Origin: a virus
Virus record (IMG/VR): IMGVR_UViG_3300012944_000001
Coordinates: 32,001-96,000 of that record
Length of the DNA stretch: 64,000 nucleotides
Reading direction: 5' to 3' (one strand)
The stretch's first letter is position 1, and the number at the start of each line of letters is the position of its first letter. The position numbers and the translations under genes were made by a program. The notes beneath the pieces were generated by a model. That model was not told where the DNA came from. It ran no database searches and saw nothing but the letters and a program-made list of their open reading frames with translations. Below, piece by piece: positions 1-8,913 of this stretch.

Positions 1-616
1 CACTCTCAGTGTTCGCGCAGTGAGCCATGAACCAAGTGTTCTCAGAGACTCCAGCCGGAACAGCAGGAAGCGTCTCGGGAGCCTCAAAGTCCTCAGCGAT
101 CTTGGACTCCTCAAACGTAGGCGTCCAAGTCTCGGGGAACTCTGCGTCAAGCAGCTTCTCTACGATCTCATCCATGATCTTTCCCGCTTCCTTCGCCTCT
201 ACCATTCGTGGAACGGTAACAGTCTCCACAATCTCACTGTTTTCGTTGAGCGTGTAAGTCTCGTCAAGCTGAGGGGAAGGCACAATAGGCGCCTTAGCCT
301 TAGTGGCACGCTTCGGCTTGGGAGCCTCTGCCGGAGGAAGCGGGTGGGTCATCAGAGCGTCATAAGCGGTCTGCTGAGCATTGGTCTCGCTGACATCCGG
401 AATGGCGACCCACACGTTACCTCGTTCGAAACCGATAAGCTCAGCGTCGGCGAGGATGTTCAGGGCATCGAAAGTGCTCTGCCCAGTCTCGTCGTCCAGT
501 TCCTGGACGGTAACAGGAGACTCCTCAGTAGGCGAGAATTCCACCACAGTCACAAACAGGGCAACCAGGTCGGTACCGTCAATCTCGACACTCTGAACCT
601 TGGTACGACTAGCCAT
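1..616 (-). CDS. Acidic hypothetical protein, runs off the window start (partial)
   Basis: ATG at 616 (minus) with AAAGGA RBS; frame MASRTKVQSVEIDG... is open to position 1; promoter directly upstream. Missing from the ORF track because no stop lies in the window. Confidence 0.8.
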   Translation of the reverse strand, partial: MASRTKVQSVEIDGTDLVALFVTVVEFSPTEESPVTVQELDDETGQSTFDALNILADAELIGFERGNVWVAIPDVSETNAQQTAYDALMTHPLPPAEAPKPKRATKAKAPIVPSPQLDETYTLNENSEIVETVTVPRMVEAKEAGKIMDEIVEKLLDAEFPETWTPTFEESKIAEDFEAPETLPAVPAGVSENTWFMAHCANTES

Positions 617-666
617 TGTGCTTGTCCTTTCGTTCGTGGTTCCCCTCTAGGAACCTCACAAGGAAG

Positions 667-695
667 ACACTAGCGATCAGTGTCTACCCTGTCAA
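667..695 (-). promoter_or_regulatory. Sigma70/HrdB-type promoter
   Basis: Minus strand TTGACA-17 nt-TAGTGT. Confidence 0.7.
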
Positions 696-714
696 GCCAC
701 TAGCTCAAGATCTT

Positions 715-1263
715 TTACAACTCACATGGTCCCATACACACGGGACACTCATACTCTTCTACGTCGTAGAAGTCGTAAGGGTCCGTCAGAGCGTCGTAAT
801 CGGTCCAGTCGTAGTCTTCTACGGCGTAACCGTACTCTGCCTCTTCCTGCTGCTCACGCTCCCACTCACGTAGCCACAACACGCGTTCCTTGCGCTTGAT
901 CTCCCTACGGAGAGTCTTACCGCGCTCCCCTTCATCTCTGTAGTGGTGTGACAGGACACGAGAGTTAGCAGAGACGCCCGCACCGTTCTTGTACTTACGG
1001 CGTCCGCCGCTCCGCAAGCGCGAAACAGGAACGCCTTTTTCTGTAGCGTGAACCAAGTTCGGACGCTTGTACTCATAAGCGGGGGGAAGGGATTCGACAA
1101 ACGCATCCCAAACCTTCATTTTGGAAACGTAGCGATAAGTCGCTTTGGTGTAAAGCGAAATGTCACCATTGAATTCCGAAAGGCGCGGGTATTCGGGCTT
1201 TTCCATGCGCTCTCGCGTCTCCCGGTTGAAACCCACCCACTTACCAGCGCGGTAGTAGATCAT
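715..1263 (-). CDS. Hypothetical protein, basic core with acidic Tyr-rich C-terminus ending CPVC
   Basis: ORF track 715..1320; start moved to ATG 1263 (MIYYRAG) after AGGAAGG RBS and downstream of the promoter. Confidence 0.75.
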   Translation of the reverse strand: MIYYRAGKWVGFNRETRERMEKPEYPRLSEFNGDISLYTKATYRYVSKMKVWDAFVESLPPAYEYKRPNLVHATEKGVPVSRLRSGGRRKYKNGAGVSANSRVLSHHYRDEGERGKTLRREIKRKERVLWLREWEREQQEEAEYGYAVEDYDWTDYDALTDPYDFYDVEEYECPVCMGPCEL

Positions 1264-1300
1264 TCGCCGTGTTCCTTCCTGCTGTCTTGCTGTTGTGTCC

Positions 1301-1330
1301 AACTTAGTGGACACCCCCACACCCTGTCAA
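1301..1330 (-). promoter_or_regulatory. Sigma70/HrdB-type promoter
   Basis: Minus strand TTGACA-18 nt-TAAGTT. Confidence 0.6.
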
Positions 1331-1590
1331 GCGACAGGACACAAGAGAATCAACTAGCCAAGATCAGAAATTATACTCTTTATGGAATACTGATCGAACA
1401 CTGGTTCTTTCTTTCAGTAATGACTTTCAGTGTGAAGCAATAACAAAGAATACTATCAGCACGACAACCATTAGCGTGATAAAAGATCCTCCGCCATTGT
1501 TTTCTTTTTCGTTTATTTCTTTCTTCATGAGATTTCCCTTTCTAGGAAACCATAACCACTCCCCTGATTTAGGGGAATGATTAAAGCTTA

Positions 1591-1800
1591 CTAGAGAATA
1601 AGACTACCTAGCCACCAGAGTAGAAAACCTAGTCCCACAAAGAAAGCGGGAACAATAGTTATGGCAGGAAGAAGACAACAACCATAAACCAGTCCTTTGG
1701 CTAGTGGCCCTTCATCACCATAACCGTTTTCGAATGCGGATCCCATACGGTCACGTAATGGAGCGTTACGAGTTGAATTGAATCGCGCCCATTTTGGCAT
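1591..1800 (-). CDS. Small membrane protein
   Basis: Hydrophobic C-terminal helix; start overlaps the stop of the upstream ORF at 1800. Confidence 0.7.
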   Translation of the reverse strand: MPKWARFNSTRNAPLRDRMGSAFENGYGDEGPLAKGLVYGCCLLPAITIVPAFFVGLGFLLWWLGSLIL

Positions 1801-1982
1801 TAGATCAGCTCAAGCTTTCGTGCCGTGGTGCGCTTGATAACACGCATTTGCGTAGTAGAGGAAAATCCCTTGATAAAGCCATTACAGGCTTTCTTGGTAA
1901 GCGGAAGTGTCCAACCGAATACTACGCGCTCACTCTTAGCCGTGCGCTCAGTGACAACATAATGCCGATCGGCAGCAAGCAT
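1800..1982 (-). CDS. Hypothetical protein
   Basis: AGGAGG RBS; co-oriented with neighbours. Confidence 0.7.
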   Translation of the reverse strand: MLAADRHYVVTERTAKSERVVFGWTLPLTKKACNGFIKGFSSTTQMRVIKRTTARKLELI

Positions 1983-2019
1983 CTGTGAAACCTCCTGTGT
2001 GCCGTTGTGTGGGACTGGA

Positions 2020-2310
2020 TCAGATAGCAGTGTACAGTTCCCGCAACGTCTTACGGTAAGCGCTCATACGGTCAGTCAGAGCCTTGAACTGTGCTTCCTC
2101 AGCGACAGTCCAGCGACTGATTCCCCGCACGCCCGGAAAACGTGTTGCAGGAATTTCGGGGTTATTGAATTGTGCCACCGTGTAATTGTTGATGTAGAAA
2201 TCCGGACCGTAATCCTTGATAAAACGCGCACGCATAGCGATCTGCTTATTGCGCATACGGACAAGATGCGGGTTAGCGGCAATAGTGTGGGCGAGCTCAA
2301 TTTCCTGCAT
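2020..2310 (-). CDS. Hypothetical protein
   Basis: GAGGA RBS; co-oriented gene array. Confidence 0.7.
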   Translation of the reverse strand: MQEIELAHTIAANPHLVRMRNKQIAMRARFIKDYGPDFYINNYTVAQFNNPEIPATRFPGVRGISRWTVAEEAQFKALTDRMSAYRKTLRELYTAI

Positions 2311-2392
2311 TTTCTGTTCCTCTCTTGTTGGCTACCTCTAGCCAACCATACCCGCCACCCTGTGTCAAGCACAGAGAGACGAGTAAAGCAGT

Positions 2393-2584
2393 CTAGATCG
2401 GGTAAAGCTCAGTGCCTGTTACCAGTACTCCGTTATTTTCCCACGTGTGATCGAATACCACCCGATATACTTCACAGTTGGGCAAGCACTCAATAATAGT
2501 TCCCCGAGAACCCCAGTCTCGGGTTCGGCCCACACGATCATTTACTGAGTATTCATGAACAAATCCCCAACTAGAAGTAGCCAT
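2393..2584 (-). CDS. Small hypothetical protein (SH3-like beta pattern)
   Basis: AGGAG RBS; YSVNDRV...GTIIE...YRVVFD pattern. Confidence 0.6.
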   Translation of the reverse strand: MATSSWGFVHEYSVNDRVGRTRDWGSRGTIIECLPNCEVYRVVFDHTWENNGVLVTGTELYPI

Positions 2585-2592
2585 TAACACTC

Positions 2593-2916
2593 CTAAAAAT
2601 CTAGTTCCCGGTTTTCCTCGCAGTCAATCACTTGAGTTCGTACTGCGTGTGGAGCATTGTACACCTCGCCGCACTCTTCCGCAGGCTCACCACACGGGCA
2701 GGATGTCTTAGCTTCCTCCTCACACGTTCTCGTACGCGATGCAGCACATAGGAACGCATCAGACTCGCTACGTGTCTTGTAAGGCACGTCATATCCGTCT
2801 GTGTCCACCTGATACCAGCCGTTGATGTGCCGAGAAACGGTGGTATTTGCCCACAAATCTTCTGCTTGCCAAACACGGTATTCCCGCATTTCGGTCCAGC
2901 CGTTGTAAGTGGCCAT
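2593..2916 (-). CDS. Hypothetical Cys-rich protein
   Basis: ORF track; start abuts the upstream stop. Confidence 0.65.
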   Translation of the reverse strand: MATYNGWTEMREYRVWQAEDLWANTTVSRHINGWYQVDTDGYDVPYKTRSESDAFLCAASRTRTCEEEAKTSCPCGEPAEECGEVYNAPHAVRTQVIDCEENRELDF

Positions 2917-3182
2917 CAATCCTCACGCTCTTCCACATCTTCCATAGCGTGGATAACTACGCCATGAAAAACAGCAGTAAGACCAAACGCTAGAGATTCC
3001 TTAGGAACACACAAAATTGTGTGCTTTTCCTTAGTCTCCTCTGCTAGGCGAGCCGCTTCTTCTTCAGCACTATTAAGTGCGTTATAACCGCCCATATCGG
3101 TATGAGTATAAAATGTTTTTGGAATTCCTTGAAAAACAATATAGCACTTGTCCTCAGGGGCCATTTCTGTAAATTCTCCCAT
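2916..3182 (-). CDS. Hypothetical protein
   Basis: AAAGGA RBS before ATG 3182. Confidence 0.65.
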   Translation of the reverse strand: MGEFTEMAPEDKCYIVFQGIPKTFYTHTDMGGYNALNSAEEEAARLAEETKEKHTILCVPKESLAFGLTAVFHGVVIHAMEDVEERED

Positions 3183-3199
3183 TAGTTCGCTTCCTTTCA

Positions 3200-3253
3200 A
3201 CTAGGCGAACAACACCGAACACCTTTGCAGATGTGCGATGCAATACGTCTAGT
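3200..3253 (-). repeat. Conserved intergenic hairpin motif, copy 1 (ACAACACC...GATGCAAT on + strand)
   Basis: Same two 8-mers, with a variable inner hairpin and covarying outer stem, at 3200-3253, 3868-3916 and 4840-4890. Confidence 0.75.
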
Positions 3254-3440
3254 CTTCAACTAGCAGTGCGTTCCGAATCTTTCGCAAGTCAGGGTCCGTA
3301 AAGAAGTCTTCCAATGCCCCTTGGATTCTCTCAGAACTCAAATCCCTATCCTTGAGAATACGCACAAAGGCAATCATGCCATCAATCAAGCCTTCGGTAA
3401 TACCTTCTTCAGAACGGCAACTTCCCATTTCCTCAGACAT
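3249..3440 (-). CDS. Hypothetical protein
   Basis: ORF track; co-oriented. Confidence 0.6.
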   Translation of the reverse strand: MSEEMGSCRSEEGITEGLIDGMIAFVRILKDRDLSSERIQGALEDFFTDPDLRKIRNALLVED

Positions 3441-3458
3441 ATTAATTAGCTTTCTGTG

Positions 3459-3842
3459 TTAGGCAAGAACAGAAAGGGCACGTACTTCAGCGTCTCCCCA
3501 ACTATTGCCATTATCCTGATAACTCTGAGCGTAGCGCAGCATATCCAATGCCTTACGCTCAAACTCAAGAATTCCTCGCCCGGACAAACTCTCTACTACG
3601 CTCCGTGCAGGGCGAGTCTCATAGTCTGAGAGAACATACAAGGGAACCCCAAGTCGATGCAGAACATTACCCACAATGCAGCCCGGCTTGTCTGTGTGAA
3701 CGTACTGGCACTGAATTTCTACAGCGTTTTCCAAATTAGCTACCTCACCCGCTTCATTGGTGTATACGTAATCTGCTCCCTTTTCCTCCACCGCTTCCCT
3801 AAGAGCCTCAGCGACACTCTCTACGGAAAGAGCAATGGTCAT
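3459..3842 (-). CDS. Hypothetical phage protein
   Basis: GGAAGGA RBS before ATG 3842 (MTIALSVESV); CQYVH..PGCIVG..L motif. Confidence 0.75.
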   Translation of the reverse strand: MTIALSVESVAEALREAVEEKGADYVYTNEAGEVANLENAVEIQCQYVHTDKPGCIVGNVLHRLGVPLYVLSDYETRPARSVVESLSGRGILEFERKALDMLRYAQSYQDNGNSWGDAEVRALSVLA

Positions 3843-3867
3843 AATGTATTCCTTCCATTGTTTGCCC

Positions 3868-3916
3868 AATCGGACAACACCACTCCCGAATTACTCAGGA
3901 ATGATGCAATGCGATT
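3868..3916 (-). repeat. Conserved intergenic hairpin motif, copy 2
   Basis: AATCG-G-ACAACACC...GATGCAAT-G-CGATT. Confidence 0.75.
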
Positions 3917-4061
3917 AGTCCTGAATGGTAGGCCACTGAGCGCGGTCGGCAGAGAGCCACACAATCTCGTCCCTGTCATCCATCAGAACGGCTACAGAGC
4001 CGTCAGAGCGCTTCCCACACGTGATACCCGTACGGCCATCAACGAAATGAGCCTTACGCAT
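3915..4061 (-). CDS. 48-aa hypothetical protein
   Basis: AAGGAG RBS; MRKAHFVDGRTG...; below the ORF-track length cutoff. Confidence 0.6.
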   Translation of the reverse strand: MRKAHFVDGRTGITCGKRSDGSVAVLMDDRDEIVWLSADRAQWPTIQD

Positions 4062-4161
4062 GATGTCTCCTTTATCTTGCCGAATCCTCTAATTCGGTCA
4101 AAGCCACTTCCGGAACACATTTCCCACAAGGAAAGGATTTCCGGCCATGACTCAAACAGAA

Positions 4162-4314
4162 TTAAAGCCTGTCTACCATAGGAGAGAGAATTTGAACCCT
4201 GTCTGGAGAATATTCTTCCAGCAGTTCGGACACTCTGTCTTCTGCATCATTAAGCGTATCGTGCTCGGAATCATCCGACCAGCAATATGTATAGGCCACC
4301 TGTACTTTGAACAT
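4162..4314 (-). CDS. 50-aa hypothetical protein
   Basis: MFKVQVAYTYCW...; purine-rich RBS; upstream promoter-like TAGACA-18-TAGCGT. Confidence 0.55.
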   Translation of the reverse strand: MFKVQVAYTYCWSDDSEHDTLNDAEDRVSELLEEYSPDRVQILSPMVDRL

Positions 4315-4405
4315 GTGAACTTCTTTCTCTACTCGCACTCAACTAGGTGGACAGTGGAGACGCTAGCATGGCCTTTGAGAGGTTGTCTAGCGTCCCACAA
4401 TCCGA

Positions 4406-4810
4406 TTAGAGGGTAATACTCAGTGCTCGACGCTCCAGAACCACTAGGCGCCAAAGGTTGGTCAGACGGTCCAATGCATCAGAGTTGGAATACCTTCCCC
4501 AACCCTCTGTAACATCGAAATCGTCAAAGGGTACATCTTCCGCATTGAAGCCGTGGGCGATGTATGTGTTGTCGTCTGCGGTATTCGCGTCATTGGTGAG
4601 CCCGAAGTGCCGCATACCATCCAGCCAATCCCTTCCCACACCCAAGTGCTGAGCAGCTTGAGCAGTCACACAGGCCATACCGTCGGACACATTCAGAGTG
4701 TCAAGGTTGAGCAGCTTCCACCAGTCAGGGAATCGCTCGTCCAACAGAGCAACACCCTTAGCCACACGAGCGGAATAATCGATGTCGCCCGGCAGGTAAT
4801 CAATCGTCAT
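4406..4810 (-). CDS. Hypothetical phage protein
   Basis: RVAKGVALLDERFPDWW..LNLDTL...C motif; RBS present. Confidence 0.75.
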   Translation of the reverse strand: MTIDYLPGDIDYSARVAKGVALLDERFPDWWKLLNLDTLNVSDGMACVTAQAAQHLGVGRDWLDGMRHFGLTNDANTADDNTYIAHGFNAEDVPFDDFDVTEGWGRYSNSDALDRLTNLWRLVVLERRALSITL

Positions 4811-4839
4811 AGCTTTTCCCTTTTCTCTGCGGAATTGCC

Positions 4840-4890
4840 CTGATTGGACAACACCGAATTCACAGAGTGAATACGATGCAATTCAATCAG
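4840..4890 (-). repeat. Conserved intergenic hairpin motif, copy 3
   Basis: CTGATTG-G-ACAACACC...GATGCAAT-T-CAATCAG. Confidence 0.75.
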
Positions 4891-5057
4891 CGATTCTTAT
4901 TGGAAAGTCCAATCACAAAAACGATGGCAAGTCCAAGAAAGGACCCCACGCCCGCCCATATGATGAGCCAGCCAATCGCGTTCGCAATTTCCTCAACAAT
5001 ATCCATTAGGTCTGCTCCCTTTTGATTAGTTGACCATAGGCAGGCTCAATACTTTAT

Positions 5058-5261
5058 TTAGGAGAGTTCGTTCTTGGCACTTTCCAGTGTCCAGAAATCG
5101 GTTTCGTAGATGTAATACTTCTCATCTTCGAATTTGATGAGGGAAAATATGACCGAACCAAACATATCGTGCTTATAAACTCGAATGTTTTCCTTTTCGT
5201 ACACCATTACTGAATCATTGATGTATTCAGCGGCGCCGAAGGTTTCGAATTCAATCCACAT
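5058..5261 (-). CDS. Hypothetical protein
   Basis: ORF track; co-oriented. Confidence 0.6.
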   Translation of the reverse strand: MWIEFETFGAAEYINDSVMVYEKENIRVYKHDMFGSVIFSLIKFEDEKYYIYETDFWTLESAKNELS

Positions 5262-5403
5262 GGCATTTCCATTCTGTATTGAGCCTACTTAAGGTCAACC
5301 ACTCAACTCACTTACTGCACAAACACACATTATGTGCGCGGCTCATTCAGTGAGGAATGGAGACCATTTACTAGGCAGTGATAGGGCCACTGGAATTTTT
5401 ATA

Positions 5404-5712
5404 TTACATTTCTGAAATTTTACGGGAATGTTCTACGATGTCAGCCACGGTCAACCAGCCAATTACATTATCGAATTCATTGGCCCCGATTTTTACAGTG
5501 ACTGTGTTGACTTCACTGTCTCGCAGCAGAATTTCCCACAGTCCTTGATTTGCCCCGTAGGTTCCTCCAAAACCGCTCTTTCCTTTGCGGTTTCGAATGA
5601 TAGAAAGACTGTAGCCATTCTTGAAATGGACCTCATATGCGTGGTTGATGGGATCCGCGTGTTCCTCTACGAATTCCACACCATCAATTGCGTAAAGTTC
5701 CTGGAAGTACAT
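5404..5712 (-). CDS. Hypothetical phage protein
   Basis: AGGAG RBS before ATG 5712; FKNGYSLSII...YG...GLWE motif. Confidence 0.75.
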   Translation of the reverse strand: MYFQELYAIDGVEFVEEHADPINHAYEVHFKNGYSLSIIRNRKGKSGFGGTYGANQGLWEILLRDSEVNTVTVKIGANEFDNVIGWLTVADIVEHSRKISEM

Positions 5713-5789
5713 AGGATTTCTCCTGCCTAATTCCAGTGACCTTAACACCGCCTAGTATAAGCTTGGCGTCCACTATTGAGTTATCAAGG

Positions 5790-6236
5790 ATCCTGATTCC
5801 GTTTCGAGTTGCTTTCGCTTCCCGTCCCGCTCATTCGGTGTTGCTGGTAGAACCGTACTGCCTTGCGGTGTTGCTGTCAACTCCCCTGCCCAGTAGGCAT
5901 GTTGGACTACACACCCGCAGGCTATCGTCTTTCCCCACCCTAAAAGGCAGGGGAGTCAAATTGTGGCTAGTTCTGTATAGCTTTTGCCTAGTGGCATGAG
6001 CCCTACCCCTAACCCACCACACGAGACTAGAGGACTCTCTCACTGCTGTACAGAACTTGCGTTCCCTCGTCTAAGCCAAGAACAGAGCCTTTTCCACAGG
6101 TGGGTTTGCGCCCCGCTGATACTCTAAGCGTTCAAGGATACGAACTAGCCGGAACTATCACCAGCGTATGAGCGTCCGTTGCGTCGTTTTAGGCCCTAGG
6201 GCTGTCTCGCTCTGGCGTTGCTCTGTGCTGCTGACA
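5790..6236 (-). ncRNA. Candidate large structured non-coding RNA or leader
   Basis: No credible ORF; promoter at 6243-6270; long-range helices 5880-5890/5946-5956, 5965-5973/6142-6150, 5828-5834/6168-6174; GNRA-capped hairpins on the minus strand. Confidence 0.5.
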
Positions 6237-6242
6237 GGTAGA

Positions 6243-6270
6243 ACACTACTCAGATCCGGCGCTGTGTCAA
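6243..6270 (-). promoter_or_regulatory. Sigma70/HrdB-type promoter
   Basis: Minus strand TTGACA-16 nt-TAGTGT. Confidence 0.55.
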
Positions 6271-6281
6271 GTCCAGACACA

Positions 6282-6329
6282 GAAACACCCTCTGACCAGG
6301 TCTTTTCGCCTAGTACAGAGGGTGTCTCA
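6282..6329 (-). terminator. Probable intrinsic terminator hairpin
   Basis: ACACCCTCTG/CAGAGGGTGT inverted repeat just after the stop of 6333..6530. Confidence 0.55.
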
Positions 6330-6332
6330 TGC

Positions 6333-6530
6333 TCAGTCTTGCGCCGCGTACAGCCTGTTGATCATGTTCATGACTTGCACATAACGTAGCCCTATAGTGG
6401 CGTTGTCATTGAGCACGTACAGAGCCTGCGTCAGTAGGTCTAGATCCTCCTCTGTGAGCCCTGTAAGGCTGTAGAGGGGTTCCTGTACCTCCGTCGGCTC
6501 CTGGGCGCTCTGAGAGTCGTTTACGGGCAT
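6333..6530 (-). CDS. Hypothetical protein
   Basis: GGAAGGA RBS before ATG 6530 (MPVNDSQ). Confidence 0.65.
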   Translation of the reverse strand: MPVNDSQSAQEPTEVQEPLYSLTGLTEEDLDLLTQALYVLNDNATIGLRYVQVMNMINRLYAAQD

Positions 6531-6543
6531 TGGATGATCCTTC

Positions 6544-6870
6544 CTAGATGTCGTACAGCGCGTGCTGTAGTTCCACACCTTCCGAGTCTTCCAGAGACAC
6601 AAGATCCAGCGCATCTCTCAGACGCTCCAGATGTCCCTCTGAGAGATCCGTCAGCATGTACCGACCTGATCCAGTCATCCACACAGTGGGAGACTTGACA
6701 AGAGCCTCTGAAGCAGTGCCTGTGCCTTCCTCTGTGTATCCGGCGCACTGAACAAGCTCTGATCTATCAGTGTGACTATGAGGAGCATGCTCGATTTCAT
6801 CCCATGCATCTTGGCAACCCAACCAAGCGACTACTTGGGAACGCTTATTGTTAGCCAGCGACATTGTCAT
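6544..6870 (-). CDS. Hypothetical protein
   Basis: AAGGA RBS; WMTGSGR..LTDLSEGHL motif. Confidence 0.65.
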   Translation of the reverse strand: MTMSLANNKRSQVVAWLGCQDAWDEIEHAPHSHTDRSELVQCAGYTEEGTGTASEALVKSPTVWMTGSGRYMLTDLSEGHLERLRDALDLVSLEDSEGVELQHALYDI

Positions 6871-7368
6871 CTTCCTTTACTGGAATTTCTGAGTCAGTAA
6901 GAATAGAAACTACTTGAGAACAAATAAGAACTATTGCTCCTCCACCATCATATGGAAGAAAAGTATATGAATCATGATTACGAATATTCCATTCCAATAA
7001 CTGAATAGGAATTTTGTTTAGGACAGTCATTTTTACATTTCCCAATAGAAAGAATTGAACTCTTCGCTCCTCCACTAAAGGATAACCAGAGGGAAATGGA
7101 TCAATATCTTTACGTTTGAACAATTCTATTCTCCTTTTGTTCCATAAATAATAATCCAAGCAAGGAATAAGAAACACATTCCAGAAGGAATACCAAAGAC
7201 AACCAGCCAATCAAATAAAGATACTTCTGGCAAAGATATATCCTTTCTTTTATGTATAAATATACAATATGTTTTTCCTATGAAAAGAATATACATATTA
7301 TATAAAGAAACATAAACGATTATATTTAGAATATCTATTCATATATTCTTTTGTATTTATAAAAGAAG

Positions 7369-7398
7369 AGTGTACTACCAAGAGACTGTAATTGTCAA
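7369..7398 (-). promoter_or_regulatory. Sigma70/HrdB-type promoter
   Basis: Minus strand TTGACA-18 nt-TACACT. Confidence 0.6.
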
Positions 7399-7425
7399 TC
7401 CCTTGGTAGTACCCCTTACAGCCTC

Positions 7426-7662
7426 TCAGACTCCACAGAAATCCTGAATGGTGACGGAATCGTGATAGTCGTCCCATACAGCCGTAGAACCCTCGTTCAT
7501 AGCCGTTTCCAGCAGGGCAAAGCCACACTCATGCGCGAACCAACGCCCGGCTACGTAAGCATCATATGCCCATGAGCCGAACTCTTGGGATACGAAAACC
7601 TCGTAAGCCTCAAACACGTACTCATAAACGTCATCCTCACAGTTGTAGAACCATGCGTACAT
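7426..7662 (-). CDS. Acidic aromatic-rich hypothetical protein
   Basis: GAGGA RBS; ORF track. Confidence 0.65.
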   Translation of the reverse strand: MYAWFYNCEDDVYEYVFEAYEVFVSQEFGSWAYDAYVAGRWFAHECGFALLETAMNEGSTAVWDDYHDSVTIQDFCGV

Positions 7663-7825
7663 GTCTCGTTCCTCTCGCTTGGCCCTTAAAGGGCTCTGTA
7701 CGCTCCTCTAAGCGTCCAACACAAGTCAGGTGGCACAATCCCTCACCTGACTCATGCAAGGTGCTTACAGCGGCTTAGGCAAGGCTCTTAGAAAGTTATT
7801 ATTTTATTGAATTTCACTCGCGTAT

Positions 7826-8191
7826 TTAGATAAAAATCGTTTTATACACGTATTCGAGATTATCGTCATTAGCTTTACCTTTATCTACAGCAGCTCTTAG
7901 GAGTTTTGCCGAATAGAATTCTGAATAATTTTTTCTGTTTCCTTCCAACATATAGAAATTTACGAAAAACTTTGTACGAAAAGATCCACGAATACCGCCT
8001 TCCAATGTACCACCTTTATGTTTTGCTTCCGTTTTTGCGGCTATGTCAGTTACGATAACTTCCATTACCAGCACACCACATTTATATACCAAAAGGCTAT
8101 ATGCTTTACCATCGTACATTTCGTATTCTCCTCTGATTGGCGAATAACGCCATGCAAGGCTCTCAGCGGTTCGTGTGCCAAGTTCCCACAT
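7826..8191 (-). CDS. Hypothetical protein (start uncertain)
   Basis: ORF track; co-oriented, AT-rich. Confidence 0.45.
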   Translation of the reverse strand: MWELGTRTAESLAWRYSPIRGEYEMYDGKAYSLLVYKCGVLVMEVIVTDIAAKTEAKHKGGTLEGGIRGSFRTKFFVNFYMLEGNRKNYSEFYSAKLLRAAVDKGKANDDNLEYVYKTIFI

Positions 8192-8271
8192 ATTTTCTCT
8201 TGGCTTTACGACACATTTTGCAATAGCGGTATTGATAAATGGAATATGCGGGCCAATGCCATTCGCCCCAT

Positions 8272-8637
8272 TTATGCAAATGCATTTTTATCCTTTCGAG
8301 AAAGCATGAAATTGGTTTCCTTCTGACTTTCACATTCACAGTAATTCGTATGAATTTCCTCACCCACATTTTGCATGTGCTGAATATACTGTGAAAGTGC
8401 ATTCAAGCACATACGGGCATTTCCATTCGCTTCCGCGTATTCTTTATCGGTAGCGAAATCGGAAAGCTGAGCATCACACGTGACCACGCCCAGGGTGCTA
8501 AGAGCAGTTGAATTCGGCGAACCAGGAGAATGCCACCAGGCAGCGATAACCTGTGCACACTTATCCGTGATGATGTCCTCATGCAGCCACGCGTCCGCTA
8601 CGACCGTATAAACGGCTTGCTCGTATTCAGTGGGCAT
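8272..8637 (-). CDS. Hypothetical phage protein
   Basis: ITDKCAQVIAAWWHSP motif; RBS present. Confidence 0.7.
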   Translation of the reverse strand: MPTEYEQAVYTVVADAWLHEDIITDKCAQVIAAWWHSPGSPNSTALSTLGVVTCDAQLSDFATDKEYAEANGNARMCLNALSQYIQHMQNVGEEIHTNYCECESQKETNFMLSRKDKNAFA

Positions 8638-8913
8638 TTACAGGACTTCCTTCCTCATTGGCCTTAATCCAATTGACTTCAGCGTGCGCGACGCCCTTGG
8701 ACATTCCGCATTCCTGGTAAAGCGCATTCAGCAGCAATCCAAAGGGCTCATTGTTCTTCCATGCACTCACAACAGCACGTGCGAGAACATGCTTACGAGT
8801 TTCCATTCGCTGTACGCCTTTCTAAGCGTCTCTCGGGCTGTAGATGGTCCCTACTGCCATAGACACTCTGCGAGGCTCTTAGAGAGTCACGCAGGATGCC
8901 TAAAGCGGTACGG

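Noticed and set aside
6851-7360. ORFs 6851..7210 and 7298..7528
   Set aside because: AT-rich, with uncertain starts and no motifs. A gene may be present in 6851..7210, but its boundaries cannot be supported.
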